A stretch of DNA of 64,000 nucleotides from a virus, in IMG/VR virus record IMGVR_UViG_3300047560_000604, positions 32,001 to 96,000 of that record; one strand, written 5' to 3'. Of the stretch, positions 18,466 through 26,372 are shown in pieces. The notes below the pieces were generated by a model. The model saw only the letters and a list, made by a program, of their open reading frames with translations. It was not told the origin of the DNA and did no database searches. Numbering within the stretch: position 1 is the stretch's first letter; each line of letters begins with the position of its first letter. Both the position numbers and the translations under genes were made by a program.

Positions 18466-18728
18466 AATTTGACATAAACAGAAGCATAGGCTGGAACATA
18501 GATAGAAGAATTGTGAAGCGTACTGACATTATCACAGACGGCGCAGATTGCTATCCATGGACTGAAACGTTTGTCATTTGGCCCAGACGAAGTATTTCGG
18601 GTGCTCCGTTGTTCTGGACTAAAGCATACAAGCGTAGAGTTTGGGTAGTATGGGGTACGGGGTTTCATATGGAACCAGAAGTTCAATATGCTACAGCATT
18701 TGATTTGTTGACACATGGTAACGATTAA
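18462..18728 (+). CDS. Small hypothetical protein
   Basis: Trp-rich 88-aa ORF, ATGA-coupled. Confidence 0.65.
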   Translation: MKFDINRSIGWNIDRRIVKRTDIITDGADCYPWTETFVIWPRRSISGAPLFWTKAYKRRVWVVWGTGFHMEPEVQYATAFDLLTHGND

Positions 18729-18966
18729 ACTTAAACGAGGGCTAGAGCCACAAGCAGAACAATGGCTTGCTAAGAATGTGGGGCCAAGAATGCACTACCT
18801 CCATAATTCAATCGGTGGAGAAGGCTGGATCGCTAAGAAAGGTACCGAACCATTTGAGTATACCGATCAACAAGGTAATACGAGACAAATGACTGTTATA
18901 GTATGGAACCTCACATTCCAAGAAGATAAGTATGCTACTTGGTTTAGGATAATGTTTCCAGAATGA
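18715..18966 (+). CDS. Degenerate LRW-like small protein
   Basis: QWLAKNVG…FQEDKYATWFRIMF. Confidence 0.7.
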   Translation: MVTIKLKRGLEPQAEQWLAKNVGPRMHYLHNSIGGEGWIAKKGTEPFEYTDQQGNTRQMTVIVWNLTFQEDKYATWFRIMFPE

Positions 18967-19181
18967 TAGAGGTTAAACTCATAGATTTGATGCCCAATGA
19001 GATTATGGACATCGTAAAAGAACTAAGAAAGAACGGGTGTGTACAGGGTTTGGACTTTGATTTTGAGTATCATAAGCCCAAATATGATGACTTCGGCCAT
19101 GAACCAGTGTATAATAGACATACAATATTCAAGTTTTACAAAGAAGAATTAGCGACTTGGTTCGCATTGAGGTATCAATAG
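18963..19181 (+). CDS. LRW-family small protein
   Basis: …FKFYKEELATWFALRYQ*. Confidence 0.8.
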   Translation: MIEVKLIDLMPNEIMDIVKELRKNGCVQGLDFDFEYHKPKYDDFGHEPVYNRHTIFKFYKEELATWFALRYQ

Positions 19182-19465
19182 TGGCAATATCAGGTATAGG
19201 TAATAGCACAGGCACATTCATGCCCTACACAGGGACTCGTCCGCCTGAGGATCAAAGTAAATATGAAATTCATCACATGGGTAAAATCTTTCATCAGATT
19301 GATTTGAAATTTAGTAAAATTGATCCAGTAGACTATATTAAATGGTGCCGTAGAAATCTAGGTGATCGCGGTTCTACATGGGAGTTCTGGATGGCAGGTG
19401 GAATGTTGTATATTGAAGTCTGGGGCGAGAAGGCAAAGTTTACTTATGAAATGTGGAAGAACTAA
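19181..19465 (+). CDS. Degenerate LRW-like small protein
   Basis: KWCRRNLG…GEKAKFTYEMWKN*; GTG start at 19181 overlapping TAG. Confidence 0.6.
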   Translation: MAISGIGNSTGTFMPYTGTRPPEDQSKYEIHHMGKIFHQIDLKFSKIDPVDYIKWCRRNLGDRGSTWEFWMAGGMLYIEVWGEKAKFTYEMWKN

Positions 19466-19758
19466 TGAGTGAGCTAGTAGCAATCAATGGAATTGTACAA
19501 GCACGTAGCCAATACATGGTATCCGGGGATAACATCGTGTTTCACATCGCACCGCCGTGCGGCTCAAGAATCTGTATTCTGTCAGAAGATGGTAGGTCTG
19601 ACTATGAAGGCACCGGCGACACGTATGTGTACCCAGGGGCTTCTAATGAAAGAACAAAATACAAACAGTTTATGGAAGATGTTTATGACAAACGTTATAA
19701 CCCAACAGTCAAAGACGCATTAGAGAAATTAAAAGTAGTAATGGAATTAGTACGATGA
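19465..19758 (+). CDS. Small hypothetical protein
   Basis: TAATG-coupled ORF. Confidence 0.6.
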   Translation: MSELVAINGIVQARSQYMVSGDNIVFHIAPPCGSRICILSEDGRSDYEGTGDTYVYPGASNERTKYKQFMEDVYDKRYNPTVKDALEKLKVVMELVR

Positions 19759-19955
19759 GTGCCGAGAATACATGGCGTGTAGTTGCAGGACTTAAACCCA
19801 TCCAATCATTTCGTTGCCGCTTTGGTTGGCATCGCTGGACTAGTTATGAAGTTGTAGAGCGACATGAATTCTCCATGCCATACGCCAAGTGTCATTGTGC
19901 AGACTGTGGATTACCTAGAATAGAACAACCCTACTCAAGCAAGAAAGAAAAGTAA
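19755..19955 (+). CDS. Small Cys/His putative Zn-binding protein (DUF1660-like)
   Basis: CRFGWHRW…CHCADC. Confidence 0.6.
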   Translation: MSAENTWRVVAGLKPIQSFRCRFGWHRWTSYEVVERHEFSMPYAKCHCADCGLPRIEQPYSSKKEK

Positions 19956-20200
19956 TGGCTAATGCTTCACGCACTTGGCAAGAAAATCTAAAACAGTGGC
20001 AAAATTCAGATTTACCGGGTCTTTCAAATAGTCTCAATGAAATTGATATGCTCGTATTAGTACATGGTAAGATGCAAGAGTTATACCCGGGCAATTATTC
20101 ACTTGATTGGAAGTTTGATTCAGTAACCGGGGCTTTCAAGTTGTATCCGAAATTTAACACACCAGAAGACGAGACTTGGTTCATATTAAAATATAGTTAA
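19955..20200 (+). CDS. LRW-family small protein (last of array)
   Basis: MQELYPG…TPEDETWFILKYS*. Confidence 0.75.
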   Translation: MANASRTWQENLKQWQNSDLPGLSNSLNEIDMLVLVHGKMQELYPGNYSLDWKFDSVTGAFKLYPKFNTPEDETWFILKYS

Positions 20201-20229
20201 GGAAACAAACGACATTATGATTGACGAAT

Positions 20230-20237
20230 GATAAATA
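20230..20237 (+). promoter_or_regulatory. T4 late-type promoter motif
   Basis: GATAAATA ~20 nt upstream of the HNH ATG at 20258. Confidence 0.55.
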
Positions 20238-20257
20238 CTTTATCAGGAGTTAAAACA

Positions 20258-20875
20258 ATGGATTACAGGAAACTTTGGGAATCGCACAACGGACCTATAC
20301 CAAAAGATAAAGATGGTAGAAGTTATGAAATACATCACATTGATGGTAACCATCAAAATAATGTCATTGAAAATTTGAAATTAGTAACTATTCAAGAACA
20401 CTATGATGTACATTATTCGCAAGGTGACTACGGGGCATGTCTGGCTATCATTATGAGAATGAATGTTCCGGTTGAGGTGTCAAAGAAATTACAAAGCAAA
20501 CTAAGTAAAGCAGTTGCCGCAAAACGCATTGCCGAAGGCACCCATAACTTTTCATCCGAACTTAGTAAGCGAGTTCAGAAAGAAAGATTAGATAATGGAA
20601 CACACAACTTTCAAGGTGAACAAGGTAGCCTTAATGCTGTACAACGCAATAATAAACTAGTAGAATTAGGAAAGCATCCGTGGGCAGGTGAGTTAGGAAA
20701 GATTCATAATAAGAAAGTAGCTACTGAAAGAATTGCTAATGGTACGCATAACTTTCAAGGAGAGATGAACCCTAATAAAAACATGCCTAAGGTAACATGC
20801 CCACATTGTGGTAAAGTAGGTGGTCGTAATTCAATGAAACGATACCATTTTGATAATTGTAAGAATAAGGAATAA
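20258..20875 (+). CDS. Free-standing HNH (homing) endonuclease
   Basis: YEIHHIDGNHQNNVIENLKLVTIQEH; C-terminal GTHNF repeats and CPHC zinc knuckle. Confidence 0.85.
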   Translation: MDYRKLWESHNGPIPKDKDGRSYEIHHIDGNHQNNVIENLKLVTIQEHYDVHYSQGDYGACLAIIMRMNVPVEVSKKLQSKLSKAVAAKRIAEGTHNFSSELSKRVQKERLDNGTHNFQGEQGSLNAVQRNNKLVELGKHPWAGELGKIHNKKVATERIANGTHNFQGEMNPNKNMPKVTCPHCGKVGGRNSMKRYHFDNCKNKE

Positions 20876-20877
20876 GT

Positions 20878-21438
20878 ATGGCGGCGGACATTATGATAGA
20901 TATTGAGAGTTTAGACACAACACCTGATTGTGCTATTCTTACGATTGGTGCAGTAAGATTTGATCCTAAGGGTTCAGGTGTTGTTGAAAAACTTGAACTT
21001 AGACCTACATTAGAAGACCAAACAGAAAAATATAATAGGAGAATTAGTGATGATACACTTCGTTGGTGGTCCGAGCAGTCCCCAGAAGCCCTCGAGGAAG
21101 CGATGGGCGACAGAGGCCGTGTCCCGTTTGCTGAATGCATGGAGACGCTATATAAGTTTTGTTGGAATCGCCGTGCTGTTTGGAGTAACGGTGCTCCATT
21201 CGACTTGGTCGTTATGGAGCACGCCTGGCGACAAACAAGTGATAAACCAAATCCTATCCCTTGGCCGTTCTGGACAATGAGAGATACTAGAACTCTCTTT
21301 GAAATAGCAGGTGTTAAACTAAGTGATGGCGGCCATTCTACGAGTCACAAGGCTGTGGAAGATGCTGAACGACAAGCCATTGTCGTACAAAAAGCATATA
21401 TGAAACTAATCAAAGCAGAATTGGTAGCACCACGATGA
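20878..21438 (+). CDS. DEDDh 3'-5' exonuclease
   Basis: MIDIESL, WSNGAPFD, HKAVEDA. Confidence 0.85.
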   Translation: MAADIMIDIESLDTTPDCAILTIGAVRFDPKGSGVVEKLELRPTLEDQTEKYNRRISDDTLRWWSEQSPEALEEAMGDRGRVPFAECMETLYKFCWNRRAVWSNGAPFDLVVMEHAWRQTSDKPNPIPWPFWTMRDTRTLFEIAGVKLSDGGHSTSHKAVEDAERQAIVVQKAYMKLIKAELVAPR

Positions 21439-21857
21439 GTATTTTTTCTGATCTGTTTCACACACAGGAGAACGATATCATGCACACAAAGATGTGTAGC
21501 ATGTGCAATCGAACTTTGCCCGCGAACGGTGCTCATTTTGCAAAAGAAGGTAGCAAGGGATATTTGCGATATGAGTGCAGGGATTGTGCTAAGAAACACA
21601 GCAAACTATTAGCAAAGATTAAAAAGTCAGCACCTAAAGTTGCAGTTGACCACAAATGTCCTGTGTGTTTAAGAGGTGCAGCCGATCTCAAAACTTATGG
21701 AAAAAACAAAAAATCAGTTTGGGTCGCTGACCATGACCATGCTACTGAAAAGTTTCGAGGGTGGCTGTGTCACAAGTGTAACTTAGGTCTAGGTAATTTA
21801 GGTGATGATGCAGAACGATGTATTAGAGCCGCGGAGTATTTAAAAAATGAAGTTTAA
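21435..21857 (+). CDS. Endonuclease VII-family nuclease with N-terminal Zn finger
   Basis: CSMC…CRDC; CPVC…DHDH…RGWLCHKCNLGLG. Confidence 0.85.
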   Translation: MSIFSDLFHTQENDIMHTKMCSMCNRTLPANGAHFAKEGSKGYLRYECRDCAKKHSKLLAKIKKSAPKVAVDHKCPVCLRGAADLKTYGKNKKSVWVADHDHATEKFRGWLCHKCNLGLGNLGDDAERCIRAAEYLKNEV

Positions 21858-22443
21858 TTCAGATATTGATATTGACTTTGGTAACAGAGAAAATATACTA
21901 CAGCATATCAAGCATACGCCGGCGGCGATGCGTAATGTAACTCCCATACGAAAACATGCTACTGGAGTATATGTAACTGATGTTCCATATGATGCTGTAA
22001 ATGATATGGCTAATATTGATTACACTGTAGCAGAAGATAGAGGGTATGTTAAGCTAGACTTTTTGAACGTACACATTTATGAGCATGTTCGTGATGAGGA
22101 TCACTTAAAAAGTCTAATGAAAGAACCTGATTGGGCTAAGTTGAAAGACAAAGATTTTGTTGAAAAGTTAATTCACTTGTCTAATCATTACAACAGCCTT
22201 CAGCGTATGCCTGAGCCGGTAGATAGTATTCCTCGTCTTGCTATGTTTCTTGCGATAATCCGCCCAGCGAAGAAACACCTCATTGGTCTCCCATGGAAGA
22301 AAGTCTCTGAATCTGTGTGGGAAAAAGAATCTGATGGTTATCATTTCAAGAAAAGTCATAGTGTCGCCTACGCAAATCTTGTTGTTGTTCATATGAATCT
22401 GTTGAAAGAGGGTCTAGGGCATACGCTTGACGAGAGTAATTGA
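21847..22443 (+). CDS. dnaE: Miniature DNA polymerase III alpha (DnaE) catalytic fragment
   Basis: DIDIDF, KHATGVYV, GYVKLDFL, LAIIRP and FKKSHSVAY: the DnaE palm/finger motifs in order within 198 aa. Confidence 0.75.
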   Translation: MKFNSDIDIDFGNRENILQHIKHTPAAMRNVTPIRKHATGVYVTDVPYDAVNDMANIDYTVAEDRGYVKLDFLNVHIYEHVRDEDHLKSLMKEPDWAKLKDKDFVEKLIHLSNHYNSLQRMPEPVDSIPRLAMFLAIIRPAKKHLIGLPWKKVSESVWEKESDGYHFKKSHSVAYANLVVVHMNLLKEGLGHTLDESN

Positions 22444-22794
22444 TTTGCGTTTACTCTTACGCTTATTGAGTTCTAACATAGAGCATATGGGCCCATGCAT
22501 GATTGTTAGACTCTTGTTATTGAATGTTCTAAGATAGGGTTTGAACACTACCCAATCTTCTTTTAAGAACATATTGATGGGAACTAAGCGATTTGATTCC
22601 CACCACCACGTGTCTCCCAATTCTAGGAACTTTTCTCTAAGTTCAGGGTGTTGGATTGACCCGTAGTCGTATATAGTGGTGACAATATCATCCCTGTTCT
22701 GCACGATTCCCACATAGTCTTGACCAGCATAGGAGCATACAGTAATAAAGGGATGATTCTCGGTCAATTTTTTGAAGAATTCGTTGTGAAACAT
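22414..22794 (-). CDS. Hypothetical protein
   Basis: 126-aa ORF with a late-type motif upstream (22813-22820, minus strand). Confidence 0.7.
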   Translation of the reverse strand: MFHNEFFKKLTENHPFITVCSYAGQDYVGIVQNRDDIVTTIYDYGSIQHPELREKFLELGDTWWWESNRLVPINMFLKEDWVVFKPYLRTFNNKSLTIMHGPICSMLELNKRKSKRKSITLVKRMP

Positions 22795-22812
22795 TATAAT
22801 ATATTACGGATA

Positions 22813-22856
22813 TATTTATCATTGGGCAAAACCCAATATATTATTTGTCATAAATA
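22813..22856. promoter_or_regulatory. Back-to-back late-type promoter motifs
   Basis: TATTTATC (GATAAATA on minus) at 22813-22820 and CATAAATA at 22849-22856, separated by a TTGGG-CAAAA-CCCAA hairpin. Confidence 0.55.
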
Positions 22857-22875
22857 GATTATAAGGAGCCAATCT

Positions 22876-23667
22876 GTGTACTCAACAAACGTTTATCTAA
22901 TAACTGGAAGAAACTATCTTCTAACTCAAAAGCATACGGTTGTGGTTTACAGTGGGAACTCGACCAGGAGGTATAGTCTAGTGTACGCAAAGAATCTAAA
23001 ATTACATAAGGGCGTTGAAAATCGCATTCAATTCCAATTTTTAAACCAGGAACAGAAACCAGTGGATATCACTGGAAAGACCTTTACTTTTAGACTTATC
23101 AGCTACGACGGCACAGAAGTATTGTTACAAGTTCCGTTAGTTACAACACTAGCATTGACTGGTATTGCAGAGTTGAGAACTAAAGCAGGTCAGTTGGAAG
23201 GAATCGATCCTCAGAACGCATCTTATAGTTTGGAAGTTATTGACCCAGATGGTGATGCATCCGAGTATACCGGGCATCCTCATTATCCTGTGTTCACTAA
23301 TAGTGATGCAGGTGGTCGTGGTTTATGTCAAGTAGTATCAAGTATCATGCCAGACTTTGTTTCGGCAACTAACGTTACCATTCCTAGTCATTCTATTCCA
23401 AACTCAAATACGGTTACTTATACCAGCAGTGTACTAACATCAAATGATACGGGTGTGACTACTATACAAACATTCTATGACAACTATAGCGGTACTGCTA
23501 CTATTCAAGGGTCAACGTTGAATGATACAGATTGGTATGATATTAGCACATCAACATATCTGGAAACCACCGCAAGTGATGGATACACTGTCACTGGGTT
23601 TCACCCATATCTGAGACTAAGTTTCACTAGTACTCAGGGCAATGTCACTCAAATTTTAGCCAGATAA
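22876..23667 (+). CDS. Putative virion structural protein (beta-rich)
   Basis: GTG start after AAGGAG; late-type promoter; S/T/beta-strand-rich. Confidence 0.6.
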   Translation: MYSTNVYLITGRNYLLTQKHTVVVYSGNSTRRYSLVYAKNLKLHKGVENRIQFQFLNQEQKPVDITGKTFTFRLISYDGTEVLLQVPLVTTLALTGIAELRTKAGQLEGIDPQNASYSLEVIDPDGDASEYTGHPHYPVFTNSDAGGRGLCQVVSSIMPDFVSATNVTIPSHSIPNSNTVTYTSSVLTSNDTGVTTIQTFYDNYSGTATIQGSTLNDTDWYDISTSTYLETTASDGYTVTGFHPYLRLSFTSTQGNVTQILAR

Positions 23668-23669
23668 GA

Positions 23670-23698
23670 TTGCATCAACATATATACTATGTTACAAT
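23670..23698 (+). promoter_or_regulatory. sigma70-like promoter for primase-helicase
   Basis: TTGCAT-17 nt-TACAAT. Confidence 0.5.
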
Positions 23699-23704
23699 AG
23701 TATT

Positions 23705-24679
23705 ATGTTTGATATCCTTTCGTTAATTCCCGGTAAGAAAAAGAGCACAAGTAGTGGTTGGACTAGTTTCAATGCTATTTGCTGCGGGCACCGCGGTCAT
23801 AAAGCTGACCGGCGCGGTAGAGGTGGTATTAAATTTGATGGCCAAGCAAACTGGGTCATGCACTGCTTTAATTGCAGTTTCAGTTGTAGCTTTACATTGG
23901 GCAAGACTATTGCCCCTAAAACTCGACAATTCTTAACATGGTGTGGCGTTGATACTGAACAAGTACAACGATGGAGTTTAGAAAGTTTACAGCACAAAGA
24001 TTTCTTGGATTTCACTATCCAACAAAAACGATTAACACAAATCAAGTTCAAGACTAAGAAACTGCCTTTGGGTGAACCACTTGACAGTTCTAATCCAAGA
24101 CACAAATTCTACGTAGATTATCTGAACAAGCGCAAGATAAATTATAATACATATTCTTTCTATGTGAATCCAGATGGAAAGAGTAGAAATCAGTTCGGTA
24201 TAATCGTACCATACACTTACAAGGCAAAACTTGTAGGCAGCACTATTCGCTTCATTGACAATAAAATCCCCAAGTTCATTAATGACCAACAACCGGGATA
24301 TGTATTCAATGTTGACGCACAAAAATCTGAATCGACTGTTTGTATTGTTACTGAAGGTATCTTTGACGCCCTGGCTATTGATGGGGTAGCATTGATGCAC
24401 GATGATATCAGCAATGAGCAAGCAATGCTACTAGCACAAATGAATAAGAGAATAATCGTAGTGCCCGACTTTGATGCAACGGGTTTGAAGATATGTGATA
24501 GAGCCCTTGAATTAGGATACAGTGTAAGTTTACCCCCATGGGATGTAGGGATAAAGGATGTTAATGACGCAGTGGTTAAGTACGGAAAACTACCTACTCT
24601 GTTGAGCATTTTAGAGAATGCTACGATGAGCAAAATTAAAATAGAATTAAGGAAGAAACAAATTGCTAAAGGAATATAA
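23705..24679 (+). CDS. gp61: DNA primase (gp61-like)
   Basis: N-terminal Zn motif CCGH…HCFNC; TOPRIM IVTEGIFDAL, VPDFD, KDVND. Confidence 0.88.
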   Translation: MFDILSLIPGKKKSTSSGWTSFNAICCGHRGHKADRRGRGGIKFDGQANWVMHCFNCSFSCSFTLGKTIAPKTRQFLTWCGVDTEQVQRWSLESLQHKDFLDFTIQQKRLTQIKFKTKKLPLGEPLDSSNPRHKFYVDYLNKRKINYNTYSFYVNPDGKSRNQFGIIVPYTYKAKLVGSTIRFIDNKIPKFINDQQPGYVFNVDAQKSESTVCIVTEGIFDALAIDGVALMHDDISNEQAMLLAQMNKRIIVVPDFDATGLKICDRALELGYSVSLPPWDVGIKDVNDAVVKYGKLPTLLSILENATMSKIKIELRKKQIAKGI

Positions 24680-26099
24680 TAAAGACGTACAATCATTGTT
24701 CTTGCGAATGATGTTAACTAACTCCGAGTTGTATACTCGTGTTATGAACATTATGAACGCAGACAACTTTGATAAAGGGTTGAGACCAGTTGCTGAGTTT
24801 GTCAAGGAATACAGTGCAAAATATAATGTGTTACCTGATGTATCACAAATCAAAGCAACAACTGGCACAGACATTGAACTTGTTGAAGACATGGGTGACA
24901 AGCACACCGAATGGTTTTTGACTGAGTTTGAGGGTTTTACTAAACGTCAAGAGTTAGAACGTGCAATTCTTAAAGCAGCCGATTTGCTTGAGAAGGGTGA
25001 ATTCGGCCCGGTTGAGAAACTAATCAAAGACGCAGTTCAAATCAGCTTACAGAAAGACATGGGTACAGATTACTTTCTAGACCCAAAGACTCGTATCAAC
25101 AAATACTTTAACGCAGGTGGACAACAATCTACGGGTTGGCCTCAACTTGATAAACTACTATATGGTGGTTTCAGTCGTGGTGAATTGAACATCTTTGCAG
25201 GTGGTTCAGGTTCAGGTAAATCATTGGTTATGATGAACATTGCGTTGAACTGGTTAGAGATGGGATTGAACGGAGTGTATGTCTCACTTGAATTGTCAGA
25301 AGAATTAACAAGTTTGCGTACTGATGCTATGTTAACTAGCATGAGTACCAGAGACATTCGCAAGGACATTGATAGCACAGAACTTAGAGTTAAGATGTTT
25401 GCTAAGAAAGCAGGACAGTATCGTGTCAAGGGGATGCCAGCGCAAAGTAACGTTAACGACATTCGTTCATATCTAAAAGAAGTGCAAATTCAAACAGGAA
25501 TGAGAGTTGACTTTGTTATGATTGACTACTTGGATCTTGTTATGCCAGTTTCAGTCAAAGTGAACCCAAATGACCAGTTTATCAAGGATAAGTATGTTTC
25601 AGAAGAACTACGTAACTTAGCTAAAGAACTAGGAATTTTGATGGTTACAGCGTCACAGTTGAACCGTAGTGCGGTTGAAGAAATCGAATTCGACCATAGT
25701 CACATTGCTGGTGGTATTTCAAAGATTAACACAGCAGATAACGTATTTGGTATCTTTACAAGTCGCTCAATGAGAGAGCGCGGACAGTATCAGATTCAAT
25801 GTATGAAGTCACGTAGTTCTACGGGTGTGGGTCAAAAGATAGAATTATCGTATAATATCGAAACCATGCGTATTACAGATGATGATCCAGATGGATATGC
25901 TGACCAACAAGCAAAATACAAGTCTGCTCCTAGTCCGAATGACATTATGAGTCAGTTAAAACCACAGTCAAGTTTAAGTTCGTCTGAACCAGTAATCGAC
26001 CAGAAAACAGGGGAAATCATCGAACCTGTACAGAAAAAAGTCGTTGCAGACGTTAGAGGATCACAACTCAAATCTCTACTCAACAATCTGAAAAAGTGA
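24663..26099 (+). CDS. gp41: Replicative DnaB-like helicase (gp41-like)
   Basis: GGSGSGKS, SLELSE, IDYLDL, TASQLNR, KSRSS. Confidence 0.92.
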   Translation: MLKEYNKDVQSLFLRMMLTNSELYTRVMNIMNADNFDKGLRPVAEFVKEYSAKYNVLPDVSQIKATTGTDIELVEDMGDKHTEWFLTEFEGFTKRQELERAILKAADLLEKGEFGPVEKLIKDAVQISLQKDMGTDYFLDPKTRINKYFNAGGQQSTGWPQLDKLLYGGFSRGELNIFAGGSGSGKSLVMMNIALNWLEMGLNGVYVSLELSEELTSLRTDAMLTSMSTRDIRKDIDSTELRVKMFAKKAGQYRVKGMPAQSNVNDIRSYLKEVQIQTGMRVDFVMIDYLDLVMPVSVKVNPNDQFIKDKYVSEELRNLAKELGILMVTASQLNRSAVEEIEFDHSHIAGGISKINTADNVFGIFTSRSMRERGQYQIQCMKSRSSTGVGQKIELSYNIETMRITDDDPDGYADQQAKYKSAPSPNDIMSQLKPQSSLSSSEPVIDQKTGEIIEPVQKKVVADVRGSQLKSLLNNLKK

Positions 26100-26105
26100 T
26101 AAATA
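26098..26105 (+). promoter_or_regulatory. T4 late-type promoter motif
   Basis: GATAAATA. Confidence 0.55.
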
Positions 26106-26123
26106 CAATTAGGATATCTACAT

Positions 26124-26372
26124 ATGCAAAAGAAAACTCGCAGCTTGTTAGAGGAATTAGAGGCTATTGGTCAAAATCGTGATACTAAGCATATCATTGA
26201 AAGCCGTGCCCACAACATCATTACCAGTGCAATTAATCTAATAGAAATGATTAATAAACACTATGATTCAGAAAAAGCGCAAGTTTTAGAGCGCAAACTC
26301 CTCAGTGCAATCAAAGCCCGAGACCAGGGTAGATTCTCCAAAAGTCTGAGGAAGAATAATGAAGGCGAATGA
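26124..26372 (+). CDS. Hypothetical protein
   Basis: 82-aa ORF after late motif and AGGA RBS. Confidence 0.7.
   Translation: MQKKTRSLLEELEAIGQNRDTKHIIESRAHNIITSAINLIEMINKHYDSEKAQVLERKLLSAIKARDQGRFSKSLRKNNEGE

Noticed and set aside
12967-20200. Diversity-generating retroelement explanation for the paralogue array
   Set aside because: No reverse transcriptase in the window and no near-identical TR/VR pair differing at adenines was seen; divergence is far deeper than DGR mutagenesis. An RT elsewhere in the genome cannot be excluded.
21847-22443. Split intein joining the DnaE halves
   Set aside because: The N-part does not continue into a C/S-initiated intein and the C-part has no HN/SN-C junction; both are pure extein-like sequence.
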